From Synechococcus sp. A15-28 (GTDB lineage Bacteria; Cyanobacteriota; Cyanobacteriia; PCC-6307; Cyanobiaceae), in NCBI RefSeq assembly GCF_014280175.1, contig NZ_CP047931.1:540001-572000 (forward strand): a DNA stretch of 32,000 nucleotides, written 5' to 3'. Within the stretch, counting starts at the first letter, position 1. Every line of letters begins with the position of its first letter. Below are positions 26,032-32,000 of this stretch, piece after piece. The position numbers and the translations under genes were made by a program. Under the pieces are notes generated by a model. The model saw only the letters and a program-made list of their open reading frames with translations, had not been told where the DNA came from and did not search any database.

Positions 26032-26687
26032 GGCTGTTGGATGCCAAGCAGGTCCTGGAATTTAGAGCTCAAGTGCTGACGTCTCCATTCCCTGGCCAGT
26101 GATTCAGCCGTCAGAGGGGCGAGGGGCGGCAGATGAGCCAGAACCGGCACACCACCGAAGTGTTCAAGGGTGGCTGGGTTGTCGGCATGGGCGGGGCCGT
26201 TGAGGATCAGCCCCAGCACCGTCAACTGACGACGCTTGAGGGCCTCCAGGCTCAGCAGTGTGTGGTTCAGAGTTCCGAGCCCGCTGCGGGCCACCAGAAC
26301 AATCGGCAGACCCCAGCGCTGCAGCTGGTCGATCTGCAGCCATTGCCGCGTCAAGGGCACCATCAGTCCGCCGGCGGTCTCCACCACCAGGGGCGCCGAG
26401 CAGTGAGGAACGACCAAGGCCTCGGGGTTGAGCATGGTGCTGTCCAGCTCAGCGGCCCAATGGGGCGATACCGGCTGTTGAAACGCATAGGCCTCGGGCA
26501 GCATGCGGTCAGGGGCGAGCTGAAGAAGGTCCTGCACCCGGCCGAGATCGCCGCCGTCCTCCAGTCCGCTCTGCACCGGCTTCCAGTAATGAGCGTTCAG
26601 CCCCTGCACCAGCCAGGCGCTGACGACGGTTTTGCCCACGTCGGTGTCCGTGCCGCAGACCACGATCTGGGGAGATGAATGGTTCAT
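26028..26687 (-). CDS. bioD: Dethiobiotin synthase
   Basis: IVVCGTDTDVGKTVVSAWLVQGL, YWKPVQSGLEDGGDL, VVETAGGLMVPLT, LVARSGLGTLNHTLLSLEAL and GLILNGP. Confidence 0.94.
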   Translation of the reverse strand: MNHSSPQIVVCGTDTDVGKTVVSAWLVQGLNAHYWKPVQSGLEDGGDLGRVQDLLQLAPDRMLPEAYAFQQPVSPHWAAELDSTMLNPEALVVPHCSAPLVVETAGGLMVPLTRQWLQIDQLQRWGLPIVLVARSGLGTLNHTLLSLEALKRRQLTVLGLILNGPAHADNPATLEHFGGVPVLAHLPPLAPLTAESLAREWRRQHLSSKFQDLLGIQQP

Positions 26688-27430
26688 CGATTCAGCATCA
26701 GGCTCAGCACCTGCCAGGTGAGGGTCGGCGTTTCCGCATCGGGCCAGGCTCGCGCCAGACGACGCCACTGACCAGGTCCCAGGGCGGCATGCCGGCTGGT
26801 GCCGGCTCCGATGCTGGTCATCGGACGCAGCAGCTCCAGTGGCCGCTGGGCCCGGCGGCTGAAGCGATGCAGCCGTTGATGACGTACTGCCGAGGCAGGG
26901 AGAGCGTCCAACAGGTCATCGGCTCTTGGGAAGCGCAGTGCTGTGCAGGGCAGTTCGGCTCGTTCAGCGGCCTGATGCCATTGATGGAAACTGCCGGCTA
27001 CAGGAACAGCAACGACCAGCCAGCCCCCTTGCCCAAGTTGTTCAAACCAATGCTGCAGACATCGCGTTGGCTCGCTCAGCCAGTGCAGAACGAAACTGGA
27101 ACTCAGCAGCACCGGCGCTGAGCTCCAGGTCGGCAACGGCTGGTTCAGATCCACACAGCTGGTTTGGGCCGTTGGAGCATGGCGGCGGAGCATGGCGTCG
27201 CTGCCATCAAGCCGCAGCACCCTCTGGCCGGGATGCAGGCGTTCCAGATCATCCGCCAGTAAGCCGGTGCCACTGCCGAGATCCACCCAGAGCCCTCTGG
27301 GTATGGGCTGGCGACGGCAGCGCTCAGCCAGTTGCCTGGCCGTGGCGCGCTGGAGCCTGGCGGCGCCGTCGTACCGATCCGCGGATCGGCTGAAGCGCGC
27401 CACAACCCGTTGGCTCCAGGGATCGGTCAT
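26684..27430 (-). CDS. bioC: Malonyl-ACP O-methyltransferase (BioC-type SAM methyltransferase)
   Basis: VVARFSRSADRYDGAARLQRATARQLAE, LWVDLGSGTGLLADDL, RVLRLDGSDAMLRRHA and VLSSSFVLHWLSEP; position in the bio operon. Confidence 0.9.
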   Translation of the reverse strand: MTDPWSQRVVARFSRSADRYDGAARLQRATARQLAERCRRQPIPRGLWVDLGSGTGLLADDLERLHPGQRVLRLDGSDAMLRRHAPTAQTSCVDLNQPLPTWSSAPVLLSSSFVLHWLSEPTRCLQHWFEQLGQGGWLVVAVPVAGSFHQWHQAAERAELPCTALRFPRADDLLDALPASAVRHQRLHRFSRRAQRPLELLRPMTSIGAGTSRHAALGPGQWRRLARAWPDAETPTLTWQVLSLMLNR

Positions 27431-28116
27431 GGATGACCTGACCAGCGCAACACCAGATCCAGCACCGCCGGCGTCACCAGGGCATGCCCCTCATCAGGGC
27501 GGAAAACGTGGTCGGTCCGCGCCATGTTCAGAGCCTGCAGCAGTTGGGTTCGGCTCTCCGGGCAGACGATCGCGTCCTGCTCCCCTTGCACCACCAGAAC
27601 CTTGGCTGCCTCGGGCCAGCCTTTCGGCAGGTCTCGACACTGCTGAAGCAGGGCCAGATCCTGCTGAAGCCGTTGGCGGCCTGGGGGATCCAACCCCTGC
27701 AGCAGTGCATTGTTTGGCAGAGCCGAGAGCGGCAGGGGTGAGGCGCAGCGGGTCAGGAACTTGCGCAACATCCCTGCCTCCTCCGCTGTCCCCAAGCTGG
27801 AGGCCATGCCCTTGAGCGCCACAGCCAGCGCCCGTCCTGCGGCGCCTGCGGGCACGAAGGCGGTAAAACCCGCCAGGCTCACCACGGCATCCGCCCTTTG
27901 CAGGATGGTCTCCGGCAGGAGATGGATCCCTAGGGAGTGGGCGATCACCAGACGCCGACCCGGCTGCTCAGTCCAGGCCGGCCGGCGGGGTTCCCGCTGT
28001 CCATAGCCCCGTTCCAGCGCATCCCAGTGCCAGCCCTCGGCCTCAAACCGCCGCTGCCAGGCCCGCCACACCGTTGCATCCCCGGCCCAGCCATGGGCGG
28101 CGATCACCTGATTCAT
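27427..28116 (-). CDS. bioK: Alpha/beta hydrolase, probable pimeloyl-ACP methyl ester esterase of the BioK type
   Basis: AAHGWAGDATVWRAW, nucleophile region VIAHSLGIHL, acid region VQGEQDAIV, His region DEGHALVTP; located between bioC and bioF. The BioK assignment rests on context and recalled literature on picocyanobacteria. Confidence 0.72.
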   Translation of the reverse strand: MNQVIAAHGWAGDATVWRAWQRRFEAEGWHWDALERGYGQREPRRPAWTEQPGRRLVIAHSLGIHLLPETILQRADAVVSLAGFTAFVPAGAAGRALAVALKGMASSLGTAEEAGMLRKFLTRCASPLPLSALPNNALLQGLDPPGRQRLQQDLALLQQCRDLPKGWPEAAKVLVVQGEQDAIVCPESRTQLLQALNMARTDHVFRPDEGHALVTPAVLDLVLRWSGHP

Positions 28117-29240
28117 GGGCAGGGGAGGGCCTTCAGCAGCTGCTCCACCGTCTCATCCGGCAGGTCGCGTCGCAGCACCAGCCGCAGCCGTGCGGTCCCT
28201 TCCGGAACGGTGGGCGGCCGGATCGCGACACAGAGCAATCCGTTGTCCTCCAGACCTGCCTGACCGGCAAGGGCCGCTGCATCGTCGCCCAACAGCAGGG
28301 GCAGCACAGGTCCCAGCCCCGCAGGCCGTGTCCAGCCTTCGCTTTCCAGGGCATCCCTCCAGCGGCTCGCCCGCTGCTGCAGTTGTCGGCTCCAGTGCGG
28401 ATGGGATCGGATCAGGTTCAGCGCCGCCTGGGCTCCGGCTACCAGGGGTGGAGCCAACGCCGTGGTGTAGCGGAAGGCGCCACTGGTCTGCAGCAAGACG
28501 TCGCCGAGGTCGGCATCACAGGCCAGGAAGGCCCCGCCACTGCCGAAGGCTTTCCCGAAGGTCCCGCTGATCAGACGCACCGGTTCGATGCCGAAGCAGA
28601 GGCCACGACCCTCCGGACCCAGGACCCCGAGGGCATGGGCTTCATCCATCAGAAGATCCGCCCCAAAGCGCTGGCACAGCACAGCCAGCGCGGCCACATC
28701 GGGACTGGTGCCCTCCATGCTGAACAGGCTTTCGCTGAGCACCACCACGGATCCCGGCTGGCCGGCCAACGCCTCAAGCCGCCGCTCGAGATCCGTCAGG
28801 TCGTTGTGCTGGAAGCGCTGCAGACGGGCACCGCTGGCCCGCACTCCCACCAGCAGCGAGTGGTGAATCAGTCGATCGGCCAGCACGGTGGTGTGCCGGT
28901 TGGCCAGCACGCTGACGGCTGCGAGGTTCGCCTGGAAGCCGCTGGGAAACAGCAGCACGCAGGCGCGTCCAAGCCACTCGGCCAGATCGGCCTCCAGATG
29001 GGCGTGACGGGGCCTGCTGCCGGTGACCAGGCGTGAGGCGCCGGCCCCGACTCCATCGTTGCGAAGAGCTTCGCTGGCCGCTTCGATCACCTCCGGATGA
29101 CGGCTGAGGCCGAGGTAATCGTTGCTGGCCAGATCCAGTAAAGGGGGTTGCTCGGTCTGAGCCCGCTGCAGGGTCCACGGCAGATCACCGCTGCTCCAGC
29201 TGTGAAGCGTGCGTCGGCGTGCGGGGTCCAGGGAAGCCAT
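28113..29240 (-). CDS. bioF: 8-amino-7-oxononanoate synthase
   Basis: LLDLASNDYLGLSRHPEVIEAASEALRNDGVGAGASRLVTGSRPRHAHLEADLA, LLMDEAHALGVLGPEGRG and LISGTFGKAFGSGGAFLA. Upstream start at 29261 is also possible. Confidence 0.94.
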   Translation of the reverse strand: MASLDPARRRTLHSWSSGDLPWTLQRAQTEQPPLLDLASNDYLGLSRHPEVIEAASEALRNDGVGAGASRLVTGSRPRHAHLEADLAEWLGRACVLLFPSGFQANLAAVSVLANRHTTVLADRLIHHSLLVGVRASGARLQRFQHNDLTDLERRLEALAGQPGSVVVLSESLFSMEGTSPDVAALAVLCQRFGADLLMDEAHALGVLGPEGRGLCFGIEPVRLISGTFGKAFGSGGAFLACDADLGDVLLQTSGAFRYTTALAPPLVAGAQAALNLIRSHPHWSRQLQQRASRWRDALESEGWTRPAGLGPVLPLLLGDDAAALAGQAGLEDNGLLCVAIRPPTVPEGTARLRLVLRRDLPDETVEQLLKALPCP

Positions 29241-29294
29241 GGCTCCAGTCTGGGCGGTCACTGGGGATCAGGATGGGCGTTTCACTGGCCGGTG

Positions 29295-30242
29295 ATGTCC
29301 CTCGAGCGATTCACCACGTTGTTTCCGCTCTGGACGCTGTTGGGATCACTGCTGGCGTTGGTGCACCCCCCTCTGTTCAGCTGGTTCCGGGGACCGTTGA
29401 TCACCATCGGGCTGGGTTTGATCATGCTGGGCATGGGCCTCGGCCTGGCGCCGCGCGACTTCCTGCGGGTCAGCCGACAGCCTGGAACGGCGACCGTGGG
29501 GTTGATCTCCCAGTTCCTGGTGATGCCGACCTTGGCGGCGGCCATCGCCATGGTGTTGCAGCTGCCCACACCGTTGGCTGTCGGTCTGATCTTGGTGGGC
29601 TGTTGTCCGGGGGGGACCGCCAGCAATGTGGTGACGCTGATTGCCAAGGGGGATGTGGCCTTATCGGTGGTGATGACCAGCATCAGCACCGTGGCGGCTG
29701 TGGTGCTGACGCCACGACTGACGGACGTTCTGGCCAGCCAGTACGTGCCGGTGGATGGCGGGTTGCTGCTGCTGCGGGTGCTGCAGGTGGTGCTGGTGCC
29801 TGTGACCTGTGGGGTGCTGCTGAAACAGGGATTGCCGAGGTTGGCCAGCCGTGTGGAGCCGGCCATGCCTCCAATTGCGGTGGTCGCCATCGTTCTGATC
29901 GTGGCCAGCGTGGTGGGAAGTCAGCGTCAGCTGCTGCTCGAGCAGGGGGCGCTGTTGCTGCTGGCCTGTCTACTGCTCCACGGCGGAGGGTTTCTGCTGG
30001 GTTTCCTGATGGCTCGAATGGCGGGGGCCTCCAGCCAGGCCCAGCGCACCATCAGCATTGAAGTGGGCATGCAGAATTCCGGGCTGGCGGTCGTCCTGGC
30101 CCGCAGTGGTGGTTTCGCAAGTCCTCTCACGGCGCTGCCAGGAGCAATCTCAGCGGTGGTCCACTGCCTGCTTGGCAGCGCGCTGGCTGCCCTGTGGCGT
30201 CGATCAGGCCGCGAAGAAGTCTGGAGCAGTCCACCTCCCTAG
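29295..30242 (+). CDS. Bile acid:sodium symporter (BASS) family transporter
   Basis: IMLGMGLGLAPRDFLRVSRQP, LAVGLILVGCCPGGTASNVVTLIAKGDVALSVVMTSISTVAAVVLTP and ISIEVGMQNSGLAVVLA. Confidence 0.93.
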   Translation: MSLERFTTLFPLWTLLGSLLALVHPPLFSWFRGPLITIGLGLIMLGMGLGLAPRDFLRVSRQPGTATVGLISQFLVMPTLAAAIAMVLQLPTPLAVGLILVGCCPGGTASNVVTLIAKGDVALSVVMTSISTVAAVVLTPRLTDVLASQYVPVDGGLLLLRVLQVVLVPVTCGVLLKQGLPRLASRVEPAMPPIAVVAIVLIVASVVGSQRQLLLEQGALLLLACLLLHGGGFLLGFLMARMAGASSQAQRTISIEVGMQNSGLAVVLARSGGFASPLTALPGAISAVVHCLLGSALAALWRRSGREEVWSSPPP

Positions 30243-30269
30243 GATTCAGGAAGGTGTTCAGGGCCCGTG

Positions 30270-32000
30270 ATGGCTGCGTCCGGCCTCGACCCAACAACGA
30301 TCTTTCCCTTCCCGCTGGACGACTTCCAGCTGGAGGCCATCGATGCGCTGAACCAGGGCCATTCGGTGGTGGTGAGTGCCCCCACGGGGTCCGGTAAGAC
30401 CCTGGTGGGGGAGTACGCCATCCATCGGGCCCTCGCCCATGGACAGAAGGTGTTCTACACAACGCCACTCAAGGCGTTGTCCAACCAGAAACTGCGCGAC
30501 TTCCGGGAGGCCTACGGCGAGGACAACGTCGGGTTGATGACCGGTGACTTCAGCGTCAACCGTGAGGCCTCCATCGTTGTGATGACCACGGAGATCTTCC
30601 GCAACATGCTCTATGCGGAAGCCAGTGAGCACGACGACCCGCTGGCGGACGTGGAAGCCGTGGTGCTGGACGAGTGCCACTACATGAACGACTCCCAGCG
30701 CGGCACGGTCTGGGAGGAATCCATCATTCACTGCCCACCCTCGGTGCAGCTGGTGGCTCTGTCGGCGACGGTGGCCAACGCAGTGCAGCTCACCGATTGG
30801 ATCGAGAAGGTGCATGGTCCGACGACCCTGGTGCTCAGCGATCACCGGCCGGTGCCGCTGCAGTTCAGCTTCTGCAGTGCCAAGGGCTTGCATCCGCTTC
30901 TCAATGAGGCGGGAACCGGACTCCACCCCAATTGCAAGGTCTGGCGTGCGCCGAAGGGGCACAAACGCAAGGGACGTTCCGCCAAGCCTCCTCAGCCTGA
31001 GCCGCCACCGATCAGCTTCGTGGTGGCGCAGATGGCGGAACGGGACATGCTCCCCGCCATCTATTTCATTTTCAGCCGCCGTGGTTGCGACAAGGCCGTG
31101 CGTGATCTCGGCATTCAGTGTCTGGTCAACAAGGAGGAGCAGGCCCGGATCCGGGCACGATTGACGGCTTACAGCAATGACAACCCTGAGGCGGTGCGGG
31201 ATGGCATCCATGCCGATGCCCTGCTGAGGGGAATCGCCGCCCACCATGCCGGCGTCCTTCCGGCCTGGAAGGAATTGATTGAAGAGCTGTTCCAGCAGGG
31301 CCTGGTCAAGGTGGTCTTCGCGACGGAAACCCTGGCTGCCGGTATCAACATGCCGGCCCGCACCACCGTGATCGCGGCTTTGTCCAAACGCACGGAACGG
31401 GGCCATCGTCCGCTGATGGGCAGTGAGTTCCTGCAGATGGCCGGTCGCGCCGGGCGTCGCGGCCTGGATTCAAAGGGCTACGTCGTCACCGTTCAGAGCC
31501 GCTTCGAAGGCGTTCGGGAAGCGGGGCAGCTGGCCACCAGCCCTGCGGATCCGCTAGTCAGTCAGTTCACCCCCAGTTACGGCATGGTGCTGAACCTGCT
31601 GCAGCGCCATGACCTCAACAAGGCACGGGAATTGGTGGAGCGCAGTTTCGGGCGCTATCTGGCCAGCCTGGATCTGGTGGAGGAAGAGGAGATGCTGTCC
31701 CAACTGAGGCTGCAGCTCGGACAGCTTGAGGGGGTGGCAGGGGACATCCCCTGGGAGGACTTCGAGGAGTACGAAAAGCTCCGAGGCCGTCTGCGGGAGG
31801 AGCGGCGACTGCTGCGGATTCTGCAGCAACAGGCTGAAGAGACCCTGGCCAACGAACTCACCCTGGCGTTGCAGTTCGCCAGCACCGGCACGCTGGTGAG
31901 CCTCAAATCACCGCAGCTGCGCGGCAAGGTGACCCCCGCCGTGATCGTCGACAAAGTGGACGGCCCCGGTCAGTTCCCGCTGCTGCTCTGCCTCAGCGAT
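30270..32000 (+). CDS. SKI2-type DEAD/DEAH-box RNA helicase, 3' end outside the window
   Basis: Hand translation: MAASGLDPTTIFPFPLDDFQLEAIDALNQGHSVVVSAPTGSGKTLVGEYAIHRA...VVLDECHYMNDSQRG...ALSATVANA...GIAAHHAGVLPAWKELIEELF...VVFATETLAAGINMPARTTVI...QMAGRAGRRGLDSKGYVV. Absent from the ORF track because no stop lies in the window. Confidence 0.94.
   Translation, partial: MAASGLDPTTIFPFPLDDFQLEAIDALNQGHSVVVSAPTGSGKTLVGEYAIHRALAHGQKVFYTTPLKALSNQKLRDFREAYGEDNVGLMTGDFSVNREASIVVMTTEIFRNMLYAEASEHDDPLADVEAVVLDECHYMNDSQRGTVWEESIIHCPPSVQLVALSATVANAVQLTDWIEKVHGPTTLVLSDHRPVPLQFSFCSAKGLHPLLNEAGTGLHPNCKVWRAPKGHKRKGRSAKPPQPEPPPISFVVAQMAERDMLPAIYFIFSRRGCDKAVRDLGIQCLVNKEEQARIRARLTAYSNDNPEAVRDGIHADALLRGIAAHHAGVLPAWKELIEELFQQGLVKVVFATETLAAGINMPARTTVIAALSKRTERGHRPLMGSEFLQMAGRAGRRGLDSKGYVVTVQSRFEGVREAGQLATSPADPLVSQFTPSYGMVLNLLQRHDLNKARELVERSFGRYLASLDLVEEEEMLSQLRLQLGQLEGVAGDIPWEDFEEYEKLRGRLREERRLLRILQQQAEETLANELTLALQFASTGTLVSLKSPQLRGKVTPAVIVDKVDGPGQFPLLLCLSD

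Noticed and set aside
28074-29036. 320-aa plus-strand ORF opposite bioF
   Set aside because: Antisense to a clear 8-amino-7-oxononanoate synthase; no domain-like motifs.
29219-30061. 280-aa plus-strand ORF overlapping the BASS transporter in another frame
   Set aside because: Low-complexity Gly/Ala/Arg-rich alternative frame of a clear membrane transporter.

Overview
This looks like a high-GC, gene-dense chromosomal segment from a marine picocyanobacterium (Synechococcus-like); the taxonomic call is an inference from gene content. Most of it is core genome: an HtrA/Deg protease fragment, rpiA, hisD, rpsT, tatD, the split RNA polymerase genes rpoB-rpoC1-rpoC2, a tiny hli gene overlapping rlmN, rsmG, a DnaJ-like gene with a DUF3143-like gene, a biotin operon (bioF-bioK-like-bioC-bioD-51 aa ORF-bioA), a BASS-type transporter and the start of a SKI2-type helicase. 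The most accessory-looking part is 15.06-19.66 kb. It holds two sulfotransferase-like genes (one in a clear AT-rich dip), an SSS-family symporter, and an intact ORF that resembles a KpsT/Wzt polysaccharide-export ATPase but has lost the Walker A, Q-loop, ABC signature and Walker B residues. Other items worth a second look are an aldo/keto reductase that appears to have lost its C-terminal Fe-S ligands and overlaps an upstream ferredoxin gene, a 22-bp perfect palindrome encoding the same KRLS-stop end of two convergent genes, two strong hairpins in the rpoB 5' region, and an unannotated-size membrane ORF chained into the biotin operon. I saw no tRNA, rRNA, CRISPR array, transposase or defence system.
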